Shown here: positions 11,100-22,736 of the stretch, piece by piece
How positions within the stretch are numbered: position 1 is the first letter of the stretch
Layout of the letters: each line of letters begins with the position of its first letter
From: Mobula birostris
Lineage: Eukaryota
Assembly (NCBI RefSeq): GCF_030028105.1
Contig: NC_092377.1
Span: 14,318,782 to 14,382,781 of the forward strand
Direction of reading: 5' to 3'
DNA: 64,000 nt
Program-made: the position numbers and the translations under genes
The notes under the pieces: model-generated
Told to the model about the DNA's origin: nothing
Seen by the model: only the letters and a program-made list of their open reading frames with translations
Database searches by the model: none

Positions 11100-13232
11100 C
11101 TGTACTGTGCAAAAGTATTGGGCACATATATATAGCTAGGGTACCCAAGGCTTTTGTACAGTACCGTAGTAATTTTATGTATTGCATCACAAAAAATATA
11201 AAATTTAATGACATGTGTGAGTGATGATAAACCTGATTCTGATATGGGTCTTTGTTGTGGACTGAGAGTGGGAAAGGGGGCAGAGTGAGGAGAACTAGGG
11301 TTGGGAAAAGGTGAAGGGAGAGTGGAGAGAGTGGGAAGCACCAGAGAGGCATTCTGTTGTGATCAATAAGCCGATTGTTTAGAATCAAATGATGCTGCCT
11401 GGTGTTTCAGGGCTGGGTGTGTCTGCACCCACACCACCATCCCACCCCACCCCAGCTCTCCTCCTCTGCAGCACTCCACCCTCACTATTCCCAAAATCTT
11501 TTACTCTCGCCAGATTTACAAACTCGCTCTCCAATCCACGTTGACAAATACAGTGCCTATAAAAAGTATTCACCCCCCCCCCGCCGCCCGGGAAGTTTTC
11601 ATGTTTTACTGTTTTACAATATTGAATCACAGTGGATTTAATTTGGCTTTTCTTGACACTGATCAACAGAAAAAGACTCCTTTGTGTCAAAGTGAAAACA
11701 GATCTCTACAAAGTGATCTAAATTAATTACAAATATAAAACACAAAAGAATTGATTGTATAAGTATTCATCCCCTTTAATATAACCCACCAAATCATCAC
11801 TGACGCAGCCAATTGGTTTTAGAAGTCATAAAACTATTTAAATGGAGATCACCTGTGTGCAGTGAAGGTGTTTCAATTGATTGTCGTAAAAATACACCTG
11901 TATCTGGAAGGTCCTACTGTTGGTGAGTCAGTATCCTGGCAAAAACTACATCATGAAAACAAAAGAACACTCCAAGCAACACTGTGAAAAGGTTATTGAA
12001 AAGCACAAGTCAGAAGATGGATACTAGAAAATTTCCAAGTCACTGAATACCCCTTTGAGTACAGTTAAGTCAATCATCAAGAAATGGAAAGAATATGGCA
12101 CAGCTGTAAATCTGCCTAGAGCAGGCCGTCCTCAAAAACTGAGTGACCGTGCAAGAAGGGGACAAGTGAGGGAGGCCACCAAGAGACCTATGACAACTCT
12201 GGAGGAGTTACAAGCTTCAATGGCTGAGATGGGAGAGACTGCGCATACAACAGCTGTTGCCCAAGTGTATCACCAGTTGCAGCTTTATGGGAGAGTGGCA
12301 AAGAGAAAGACACTGTTGAAAAAACTCACATGAAATCTCAACTGGAGTTTGCCAGAAGGCGTCTGGGAGACTCTGAAGTCAGCTGGAAGAAGGTTCTATG
12401 GTCTGTTGAAACCAAGATTGAGCTTTTTGGCCATCAGACTAAATGTTATGCACTGCACATCATCAAAAACACACTATCTCTGCCATGAAGCATGGTGGTG
12501 GCTGCATCATGCTGTGGGGATGCTTCACTGCAGCAGGCCCTGGAAGGCTTGTGAAGATAGAGGGTAAAATGAATGCAGCAAAATACAGGGAAATTCTGGA
12601 GGAAAACCTGATGTAGACAGCAAGAAAACTGCGACTTGGGAGAAGATTTGTTTTCCAGCTCGACAATGACCCCAAGCGTAAAGCCAAAGCTACACAGAAA
12701 TGGTTTAAAAACAACAAAGTTAATGTCTTGGACTGGCCAAGCCAGAGTCCAGACCGCAATCCAATTGAGAATTTGTGGCTGGACTTGAAAAGGGCTGTTC
12801 ACTCACGATCTCCATGTAATCTGACAGAGCTTGAGCAGTTTTGTAAAGAATGGGGACAAACTGCAGTGTCCAGATGAGACCTATCCACACAGACTCAAGG
12901 CTGTAATTGCTGCCAAAGGAGCATCTACTAAACACTGACTTGAAGGAGATGAATACTTGTGCAATTAATTATTTTGTGTTTTATATTTGTAATTAATTTA
13001 GATCACATTGTAGAGATCTGTTTTCATTTTGACATGAAAGAATCTTTTTCTGTTGATCAGTGTCAAAAAAGCCAAATTAAATCCATTGTTGTGGAACAAT
13101 TGTTGTAAAACAATAAAACAGGAACATTTTCAAGGGGGGGGTGAATACTTTATATAGGCGCAGTACAGTACTATGCAAAAGTCTTATCAATCCTAGCTCT
13201 ATATATATATCTAAGACTTCTACATAGCTCTG
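11100..13232. mobile_element. Non-autonomous Tc1-type composite element (mini-palindrome ends, ~390 bp core), split by the Tc1 insertion
   Basis: Ends c(a/t)gtact(g/a)tgcaaaagt at 11100 and 13166; a second copy without the insertion lies at ~14297-14778. Confidence 0.7.
11551..13163 (+). mobile_element. Full-length but inactive Tc1/mariner transposon (IR/DR-type TIRs)
   Basis: ~225-bp TIRs (CAGTGCCTATAAAAAGTATTCACCCC...) with an inner repeated AAGTATTCA(C/T)CCC and TA flanks. Transposase remnants ~11953-12938: STVKSIIKKWKEYG...[41 protein letters not shown]. Stops and frameshifts present; the first catalytic D reads V (WSVET). Confidence 0.95.
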
Positions 13233-13622
13233 TACTTATCCAAATTTATAAGATAAAGATGAGCTTTATTTACCGTACATACATTAAAACATACAGTGAA
13301 ATGTGTTGTTTGCATCAAATCAAGTAGGTGAGGATTGTCAACACAGTATGGCCTCGACTCACTAACCATAGTGGCGCTGTTAAGCTATTGCGCTACTGTC
13401 TCTCTTAAATATTGCTCTCGAACCCTCATGCACCACTCCCGCTGGATGCTGCCTGATCCGCTGAGTCCCTCCAGCAGGTCGTTTCTGCTCCTGAGTACAG
13501 AGGCAGCAGGTTTGCTGTCCGGGGATGACTGGGTAAACTAGGCCTGAGTTCCCTAGGGTTTAGTGGAAGGGCAGGGTGGAAGGTGCCATTACAAAGTTTC
13601 TGCATTACGACCTGGGCATGCT

Positions 13623-13890
13623 ATGGCGGCACGGTTGTGTTGTGGTTAGCGCAGCATACTGCCGACGTGGGTTCAATTCCCATCACTGTCTGTAAGGAGT
13701 TTGTATGTTCTCCCCGTGACCGTGTGGATTTCCTCCCAGTGCTCTGGTTTCCTCCCGGCTGGTAGGAAAAATCATTGTAAATTGTCCCGTGATTAGGCTA
13801 GGATTAAATTGAGGGATTTCTGGGTGGTGTGGCTTGAAAGGCCAGAAGGGCCTATCCCCTACTGTATCTGGATAGATAAATAAATAAACT
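13623..13890 (+). mobile_element. tRNA-derived V-SINE (HE1-like)
   Basis: A/B-box-like head (tggttagcgc...gggttcaattccc), V-domain gagtttgtatgttctccccgtgaccgtgtggatttcc, (taaa)n tail. Related copies at ~400-530, 21300-21520, 35420-35650, 37380-38050, 42790-43000, 45400-45940, 50395-50640 and 55935-56215. Confidence 0.75.
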
Positions 13891-14296
13891 CCCTGAACTG
13901 TACTGATTGTTAACACAGACAATGCATTTAACTGTACCTTTCAATGGAGACGCGACAAATTAATCTGACTCAGAATACAAGGCGGTACAGACTGGATGCG
14001 GGAAAGATGTCTGGACCGGGGATCGCAGTATCAGGATAAGATGTAGTACGTTTAGAGTTAGAATGAGTAGGAATTTCTTCAGTGAAGAAAGCCGGTCACA
14101 GGGTTCATTTGATACCCGATAGATTTCCGAGCAGGAAAGGAAGCGAGGGCTGTGGGGACGGTGGAGGAAAATGGTGCTGAGGTAAAAGGACATCAAGCAT
14201 CATGACATGTGTCAATCATCACACAGGACACGAGCAGCCCACACGATATGGATCCCATCCAAAACCACAGCCATTCACTCACTCACCCCACTGGAA

Positions 14297-14778
14297 TACA
14301 GTACTGTAGTAATTTTATGTATTGGCCTATAATGCTGCCACAAACAAAACTTCCTGACATATGTGAGTGATGATAAACCTGATTCTGATATGGGTCTCTA
14401 TTGTGGACTGAGAGTGGGAAGGGGGCAGGGAGAGGAGAATCATGGTTGGGAAAAGGGAAAGGAGTGGGAAGAACCAGAGAGACATTCTGTAATGATCAAT
14501 AAACCAATTGTTTGGAATCATATGACCTTACCTGGCGTCTCAGGGCTGGGTGTGTCTGCACCCTCATCACCCCCACCCCCCCCACCACCAAAGGCACACT
14601 GCTGCCTCTTGTCCCACACCCCTCCCGTGGCACTCCACCCTCGCCATTCCCAACATCTTTCGTTCCCACCAGATTTACAGACTTGCTCCATGCTCCATGT
14701 TGACAAATAGGGTACTGTGCAGAAGTCTTAGGAGCCCTGGCTATTTATCTGTGCGGAACACTTTAGCACAGTTGCTGT
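14297..14778. mobile_element. Second copy of the Tc1-type composite non-autonomous element
   Basis: Core aligns with 11167-11550 (gtagtaattttatgtattg...gttgacaaata) and is followed by ggtactgtgcagaagtcttagg. Confidence 0.75.
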
Positions 14779-14797
14779 ACCGATTAGCAGCAGTACC

Positions 14798-15447
14798 ATT
14801 TATGATTATGATTATGAGGACACGTAGTCCCCTTTTATTGTCATTTAGTAATGCATGCATTAAGAAATGATACACTGTTTTCCAGAATGATATCACGAAA
14901 ACACATGACAAACCGACATAAAAACTGACAAAAATCCCATAATCATAACATATAGTTACAACAGTGCAAAGCAATACCATAACTTGATAAGAACAGACTA
15001 TGGCGCAGTAGAAGTCTCAAAGTCTCTCGAATGTCCCATCATCTCACGCAGACAGTAAACCTCCAGCGCCACCAACTTGCCGATGCAGCATCCTGGAAGC
15101 ATCCGACCACAGTCCGACTCCCGAGTCCATCCGAAAACTCCGAGCCTCCGACCAGCTCTCCGACACCGATGCACCGAGCACCATCTCTGCCGAGCGTTTT
15201 GACCCCAGCCCCGGCAACAGGCGATATGCAAAGCCGAGGATTTGGGGACTTCGTCTCCGGAGATTCTGGATCGCACAGTAGCAGCTACAGCGAAGCAGGC
15301 ATTTCAGAAGTTACTCCAGATGTTCCTCTGCGCTTCTCATGGCTGTCTCCATCAAATCTGGATTGTGCATGGCCCCTAGTTACATATAATCGATATTCAT
15401 TCGGAACAGCAGCACGCGCTGCGTCGCGCCGCCATCTTCTCCTCCCT
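14798..15447 (-). mobile_element. CpG-rich non-autonomous retroposon-like repeat
   Basis: Minus strand begins ggaggagaagatggcggcgcgacgc and ends with aataaaa plus an (atcata)n tail; CpG-rich compared with its flanks. Confidence 0.55.
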
Positions 15448-16024
15448 CCATCTGCGGGATGCGCTGCAGCAATGCACAGATTCAGTTCAGCGCAGAGCCG
15501 CAAGCCCCTCGCCTCCAGCTCCGACACCCTGACCTTTTCAATCTGACCTGATGCTTAAAATTGTCCAAACATCAGATCAATCCTTGCTCCATTTCGGCTT
15601 AAATCAATTAAACTCTCTCTTGTGCTTCCAGGGGAAATGAAGTGCTGGCTCAGCCTGCAAATCTCACGTCCCTTGAATAAATAACAAACAGAAGATCTTG
15701 ATGTATTGTGGGACAGGCTTGGAGAGCCAAATGGTCATCTCCTGCTCTTACTTGCTAAATCCTGAGGCAGGAGTTCCCGACTTTTTTTATGCCATGGACC
15801 CTTCCCAATAGCGGAGTTTGTCCATGGATCCCGGGCTGGGAGCCCCTGCTCTCAAGAGACTTACGTTGAAAGATGAGTTTATGCATAGATACAGTAAAAA
15901 AACCTGCCTGCAGCAGAATCACAGACACAGAGCATCATACGTACAGCATTCCCAGGAAAAACATAAACGCGTCATTCATGATATTTGCAAGAAAAGCACA
16001 ATTACAAGAACATAATTAGAAACA

Positions 16025-16650
16025 GAATCAGAGTCAGATTTAACATCACTGGCATATGTTGTGAAATTTGTTGTTATGTGGCAGCAGTACATTGCAAAAC
16101 ATAATAGTAAAATTGTAAATTACAGTAAAAAAGTGAAATAAGTAGTGCAAAATGAGAACAAAGTAGTCTGTTTTAGTGGAAAGTGGTCATAGTCTTCACT
16201 TCTTTTGTTTTAATGGGTTCTTCTGGGCCTCTTTATTGCGTGGCTCCCTGTAAGGAGACAAATCTCAAGATTGTACGAAGCGTACTTTCTTTGATAATAA
16301 ATGTACTTCGAACTGTAGTGATTAGGCTTGTGCAGGTTGGTTCAAGAACAAGATGGCTGAGGGAAGTAGACGTTCTTTAACCTGTGGTGTCGGAGTTCAG
16401 GCTTCTGGTCTCCTTGCACAGTGGTAGCTGTGAGAAGAAGGCATTGCTTGGACGGTACGGTAGGTATCTTTGTTGCTTTCCTGTGGCAGTGCCTCCTGTA
16501 GGGAACACCAGTGGCAGGGAGGGATGTATTAGGCTGGTATCTCTGCAGCTCAAATTGCCACATTAGCCATGATGGAGACTTTCAACGGCACATGTAGAAG
16601 TTTGTTTGAGTATTCAGTGCCAAGTCAAAGCTCCTTAACCTCTGAAAGAA
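16025..16650 (-). mobile_element. Old Rex/Babar-like LINE remnants
   Basis: agaatcagagtcag tail and degenerate RT C-terminal sequence similar to other copies in the window. Confidence 0.5.
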
Positions 16651-16714
16651 GTGGGTGGAGGGTTGCCTAGTGCTTTTAGGCAGTGATGTTGACTGGCATT
16701 CTCTCCTCTTCCAG

Positions 16715-19700
16715 TACACCTCCAGCTCATCCGGAGGCGAGAGCTCCTGCGAAGAGGGACGAATGCGGCGGCCAACGCAGCTGCGGCCTTTCCACCCGCG
16801 GGCTGGGGCTGACCCGGACCTGCCCATGCTGAACTTGGCGGGAGAGCCCGATTACTCCTCCAGCAGCGAGCAGTCGTGCGACACCGTGATCTACGTGGGC
16901 CCTAACGGCGCTGCGCTCTCCGACAAAGAGCTGACGGACAACGAGGGCCCGCCCGAGTTCGTCCCCATCATCCCCTCGCTGCAGAGGGCCCGAAAGGAGG
17001 CAGGGCCGGAGGGAGGGGCAGAGGGGGACTGCCTGAAGTGTAACACATTCGCTGAGCTGCAGGAACGACTGGAGTGCATTGACGGCAGTGAGGAGCCCAC
17101 CAAGTTCCCGTTCGAGGAGGGGCCCGGCTCACAGAACCCTGCCGGCCATGGGGAGGCCGAGGCTCCTCAGCGACTCGCTAGAGAGGTCTCCGAGGAGCCC
17201 GTCCAGACCAGGCCCCAGGCTGGCTCAGCTCTGGCTGGTGGCCCCTCAGCTCCCCCGTCCCCCGGGTCCCAGTCTGGCGCGTCCAGGGGTCAGGGGGCCA
17301 GGGAGGGCAGCGATCCTAAGCCCAGGCCAGCCGGCTCCCCCAGACTGGGGGTGGCCAGCCTGTCCAAAACGGCAGACTACAAGCCCCAGCCCTCGCCCTC
17401 CCAGCGCTGCAAGGTCTACACCCAGAAGGGCTCCCTGCCCAGTCCTGCCCCGCCCCCTCCACCTCCCCCACCGCCTCCTCCCCAGCCCGAGGCCCGGGCG
17501 TCCCCGGTCGGGATGAGCCCACAGGCGGCAAAGAGGCCGGCAGCAGAGCCGGAGGTGGCAGTTCAGCAGAGGCCACTGGAGCTGAATGGGGAGGATGAGC
17601 TGGTCTTCACCCTGGTGGAGGGGCTGGTAGCCAGCAGTGCCCTGGGCGGGGGACGGCCCACCAGCATCGCCAGCCTGGACAGCGACTGCTCTGTGCGGGC
17701 CCTGCCTTCGGGATCCAGGCCCGTCAGCATCATCAGCAGCCTCCACGAGGAGCTGGAGGGCAGCCTGCCCACTTCCCTCTCACAGCTGAGCCTGGCCCAG
17801 TTCCTGCCCTTCGATGAGCCAAGCCCAGAGGGGGAGGAGGGGGGCACGGTGCCCGGCAGCCGCCGTTCCTCAATCAGCTCCTGGCTGAGCGAGATGAGCA
17901 CAGGCAGTGACGGGGAGCAGTCGTGCCACAGCTTTGTGGCGCAGGGCGGCGAGGGTCAGGCACAGCCCCGGCTCCCTGCTCTTGAGACAGGTGATGTCAG
18001 CGGCCCCCAGGATGAGGGGCCGGCCCACGCGCAGAGCGGGAAGTTCTCCATCATGGACCGGTTCCTGCGCCTGCGGGAGAAGGGGTCCGAGGCCGGAGGC
18101 AGCCACCAGGTGGCGGCTGGATCCCGCGGTGTGACAGGCTCTCCGGGGAGGGCCACCGGGTGTAGCTCCAGCCCGCTGGGCCTGGCTGCGCACCAGGGAT
18201 GCTCCCCGCCCCAGACTGAAGTCCCAGTGTACCCCAGCATCAGTCCGAAGCCCAGTGACTCGAATGAGGAGGGTGGGAGCTCCCAGGAGCCATCGCCTGC
18301 ACCCAGCCGGGCCTCTGGTGGAGAGCCAGAGGGCGACCAGGCCTCCAGTGGGGCGAGATTCGAGGACCCTTGGCTGAAGCGGGAGGTAGAGGAGGAGCAG
18401 GAGGATGAGGAGGAAGAAGGAGTGTCTGGGCTGGAGGGGAGCCACAGCTCAGAGACGAATCAGGATAAAGTCCAGGGCTGGGTGGGGAGTGGGGATTGGT
18501 CTGGCGGGAGGGTGGCAGATGGCTGCGAGATGGCACTCAGTCCCTCCCCCAGCCAGGCCTCCGTCCTCTCAGCAGAGGGTGGAAGCGGCGGGAGCCAGGC
18601 CCCAACTCCACCTGGTCTCCGTAACGACATTGAGGCCCCAGCCCCCTCTGGTCACCGCGATGACATCGAGGCCTCAGCCCAGTCCTGTCGCCATGATAAT
18701 GCTGAGGCCGCGGCCCAGCCTAGTCACCATGATGACGCTGAGCTCTTGTCCCAGACCTGTTGCCGCGACGACACTGAGGCCCCGGCCTGGTCCAGTTGCC
18801 GCGATGATGCTGAGGCCCCAGCCCCGAGGACCCCCTGCCTGGGCACAGAGAGCAGCGCCTCCCCCTCACAGGCCACCACCCCTTGCAGTCCCAGGACCAC
18901 CCTAGAATGCAGACTGGGCTCCCCCAAGCACGGGATGCTGCCCAAACCCAAGGGCATGCCACCTCTGCCCCCGGTTCGCAAGTCCAGCCTGGACCAGAGG
19001 AACAGGGCCAGCCCTCAGCACTTGCCCTCCGCCCCACCACAGACCGGCATCCTTGACGACTGGAACCCTAAGGCCAAGAACCCTGCCGCAGATGCCGGTG
19101 GAAAGGGAAGCAGCGGCAAGGGTGAGCTGGCCAGTTCCCGGACCAGCTCCCTGAACCGCAGGGGCACTGGTCACTACGACTGCCTGTCTCTGGAGCGGCT
19201 GGGTAGTCTGAGCCCTGGAGGCCCCAAGCTGGGCGCCGGACGGGACAGCACCATGCCCAGGACCGGCAGGAGCTTGAACCGGGCTGGCCCTGGCCCCTCC
19301 TCGCCCACCCACACAGGCCCGGCCTCTTCGCCGAAGCCTGGACCCTCCAAGATGTCGGCTGTCAGCAGGCTGCTGCTGGCCGGCCCCAAGTGCCGCAGCC
19401 TCTCGGCTTCCAGCACCAAGACCCTCAGTTTCTCCACCAAGTCGCTGCCGCAGTCGGTGGGCCGCAGCCCCAGCATGCCCTCCCACTCCAGGAACATGTC
19501 CTGGTCCACACAGTCGCTCAGCAGCAAGCAGAGCCGAGGTGCCTCCGGCCTGGTGGCCAAGCTACCGCTGCGTGCTGTCAACGGCCGCATCTCTGAGCTT
19601 CTGCAGGGGGGCAGCAGCCTGTGGGCCCAGCAGACGCCCGGAGGAGGTGGAGGCGAGCCTGAGGGCCAGTCCCCAGACAAGGCCGCGCCACCCCCTCCCC

Positions 19701-19991
19701 AGGCCCTGCCCTCACCCTACAGCAAAGTCACGCCCCCTCGCAGGCCCCACCGTTGCAGTAGCGGGCACGCCAGCGACAACAGCAGCGTCCTGAGTGGCGA
19801 GCTGCCTCCGGCCATGGGCAAGACGGCCCTCTTCTACCACAGCGGGGGTAGCAGTGGCTACGAGAGCATGATGAGGGACAGTGAGGCCACGGGCAGCGCC
19901 TCCTCCGCTCAGGATTCCACCAGTGAAAACGGCAACTCCGTCCCCGGGCGCTGCAGGAGCCTGAAGGCCCCAAAGAAACGGACGACTGCAG
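16715..19991 (+). CDS. KIF26B: KIF26B large exon (3277 bp; low-complexity stalk)
   Basis: Acceptor ctcttccag|TAC and donor GCAG|gtaggc. YTSSSSGGESSCEEGRMRRPTQLRPFH...DYSSSSEQSCDTVIYVGPNG...CNTFAELQERLECIDGSEE...ELPPAMGKTALFYHSGGSSGYES are conserved KIF26 motifs. Phase 0 in, phase 1 out. Confidence 0.95.
18599..18826 (+). repeat. Coding 36-bp (12-aa) tandem repeat, ~6.3 copies
   Basis: APTPPGLRNDIE/APAPSGHRDDIE/ASAQSCRHDNAE/AAAQPSHHDDAE/LLSQTCCRDDTE/APAWSSCRDDAE/APAP. Confidence 0.85.
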
Positions 19992-20761
19992 GTAGGCTGG
20001 TCCGTGCGCATTTTCACAGCTCCGTGGGCTGGGTTTGGCCTGCAGAGGCCTTTGGCTTACACATCTATTGGCAGCAGGGAATCAGGCCTTCTGGTTCAGC
20101 GCATCTTGGCCGAGCAAGATACCTGTCTTGCTGGAGGAGTTCTGCGGGTAGAGCAGCATCTGTGAGAGGAAAGAAGTTGCCAATATTTTGAGACAAAACC
20201 CTGCATCAAGACTCAAAACGCCAATAAATCCATTCTTCCTTCAGACGCTGTCTGACCTGTCAGTTCCTCCAGGAGATTGTTCCCAGCATCTGCAGTCTGT
20301 TGTGTGCACACGTCCAAGCTGGAGTCCCATTTCGCCGTGGTTAGCTCACATCCTTCCAAACCTTTCCTATACATATACTTGTCCAATTGTCCACTAAATC
20401 TTGTAATTGTAACCACCAGCATCAGTTCCTCTGGCAGCTCATTCCATGTCCCCAGCACCCTCTGTGTGAAAAACGTGCCACCTCACACTGTAAACCTATG
20501 TCTCTGAGTTTTAGACTTTCCAATCCTGGGGAAAAGACTGAAACTGTTCACCTTGTTTGCCTCCCAAAGCTCCAAAGTCACCCCTCCACCAACTACAGTA
20601 TGTTCCAGGGAAGTAAGACCAAGCCTGTAGCTCTATCCCTCCAGTCCCTATAGTATTCCCATTAATCTTTTCTACCCCATTCTAGCTAATGATATCATCT
20701 TTACACCACTGTGTATAGAACATACAATACTGTGCAAAAGTCTTAACCACTCTAGATATTC

Positions 20762-20990
20762 AGTCATCGTCGTGGCTGTCCCTCGAGGTCGAGTATGATG
20801 GTCTTCGTTCTGTTGATCTACTTATGGGCTCTCAATTGGCTTATGAGTCCAATCTTGGCTTTGAAAGTTCTTCCACATTCAGGACAGGTAGTTCCAGATG
20901 GCAGATCGGGCTTTGGTTGTTGCTGCCTCTCTTTCCATTTTCTTCCCTTTTCTTCTAATTCTGCACATCTGTTGGCTTCAAAACCAACCT
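20762..20990 (-). mobile_element. RTE-clade LINE 3' end
   Basis: Minus strand encodes ...KWKERQQQPKPDLPSGTTCPECGRTFKAKIGLISQLRAHK*, a C-terminal C2H2-like finger typical of RTE elements, followed by a short 3' UTR. Confidence 0.7.
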
Positions 20991-21519
20991 TTTAACCTAC
21001 TCTAAAATCAATTTGACCTTTCCCTCCTACATAACCCTCCAGTTCTCCTTCATTCATGTGCCTATCTAAGAGTTTCTTAAATGCCCCTAATGTGTCTGTT
21101 TCTACCACCACCGCTGGCAGGGTGTTCCACGCACCCATCGCCCTCTGTGTAAAAAAACTTACTTCTGATATCCCCCCCAGACCAGGTGACCAGAAATGCA
21201 CACAATACTCCAAGTGTGGTCTCTCCAACCTCCTGCACAGCTCTGTGCATACTGGTTTGTCTGAGGTGTTGCTCCCTCTCTCCCTTGACACTGCGGATGG
21301 CAGAGAAGTGTAGCTGGTAGAGCTGCCTCACAGCCTCAGAGATCCAGGTTCAATCCCAGCCTCCGGTCCTCTCTGTGTGGAGTTAATGCTACCCCTGTGA
21401 CCCGGAGTGCTCCAGTTCCTTCCCACCTCCCAAAATCCACACATCTGGTTGGTTTCTTGGCCACTGTGATTTGTCATTGGTAGTTAGGTGAGTGATCAAA
21501 TCTGTGGGGCAATTGATAG

Positions 21520-22736
21520 TCTGTGAGACCATAAGACATAGGAGCAGAATTAGACCGTTCGACCCATCATGTCTGCTCATTCCATTTCATCAAGGCTGCT
21601 CCATTTTCCCTCTCAACCCCATTCTTCTGCCTTCTCCCTATTACCTTTCACACCCTGACTAATCAGGAACCTATCAACGTTCATTTTAAATACACCCAAT
21701 CACTTGGCCTCCAAAGCTGCCTGTGGCAACGAGTTCCACAGATTTACCACCCTTGGGCTAAAGAAATTCCTCCTCATCTCCATTCTAAATGGACACACCC
21801 CTAATCTGGGGCTGTGCCTTCCGATCGTGGACTTCCCCCACAATAGGAAGTATCCTCTCCACATCCACTCTATCTTGGCCATTCAATATTTCAATGAGAT
21901 TCCCCACTCATTCTTCTAGATTTCAGTGAGTAAAGGTCAAGAGCCATCAAATGCTCCTCATATGTTCCAGCTTTTCTTGTGAACCTCCTCAGAACCATTT
22001 CCAATGTCAGCACATCCTTTCTTAAATAAGGGGCCCAAAACTGCTCTCAATACCCCAAGTGAGGCCTCACAAATGCCTTATAAAACCTCAGCCTTACATC
22101 CTTCCTTATAAATTCTAGTCCTTTCAAAGTGAATGCTAACATTGAATTTCAAGAGGATTGGAATACAAGAGCAGGGATGTGATGCTGAGGCTTTATAAGG
22201 TACTGGTGAGGTCTCACCTTGAGTATTGGAACAGTTTTGGGCTCCTCATCAAAGCAGAGATGGAGAGGGTTCAGAGGAGGTTCACAGGGATGACTCTGGG
22301 AATGAATGGGTTATCATACGAGGAAGGTTTGATGGCTCTGGGTCTGTACTCGCCGGAATTTAGAAGGGTGAGGGGGAATCTCATTGAAACCTTTCAAATG
22401 TTGAAAGGCCTAGACAAAGCAGATGTAGGAAGGATGTTTCCCATGGTTGGGGAGTCTAGAACAAGAGGGCACAGCCTCAAAGTAGAGGGGTGTCCATTTA
22501 AAACAGATGTTTGGAGAAATTTCTTTAGCTAGAGGATGTTAAATTTGTGTGGAATTTATTACCACAGGCAGGCTGTGGAGGCTAGGTCATTGGGTGTATT
22601 TAAGGCAGAACTTCATAGGCTCTTGATTGGACATGGCAACAAAGGTTATGGGGAGAAGGCTCAGGAATGGGGCTGAGGAGGGGAGAAAAAAGGATCAGTC
22701 ATGATTGAATGGCAGAGCAGACTCGTTGGGCTAAAT
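21520..22736. mobile_element. Two CR1 3' fragments in opposite orientation (minus ~21520-22145, plus ~22145-22736 resuming at 25926-25965)
   Basis: ORFs 21700-21882(-) and 22158-22532(+) contain LRLYKVLVRSHLEY, ERVQRRFT and RNFFS. Confidence 0.8.

Noticed and set aside
13623-13700. tRNA genes at A/B-box-like sequences (also 33370-33438)
   Set aside because: No complete cloverleaf; they continue into SINE bodies.
15031-15546. 171-aa Ser/Pro-rich ORF
   Set aside because: Lies in a GC-rich repeat-like element; no domain or splice support.
16891-20017. Many overlapping antisense and alternative-frame ORFs
   Set aside because: Expected shadow ORFs of GC-rich coding DNA; no recognisable protein.
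16655-20191. 1178-aa ORF as a stand-alone intronless gene
   Set aside because: It is the large internal KIF26B exon plus intronic read-through; splice sites at 16715 and 19991 join in frame to neighbouring exons.
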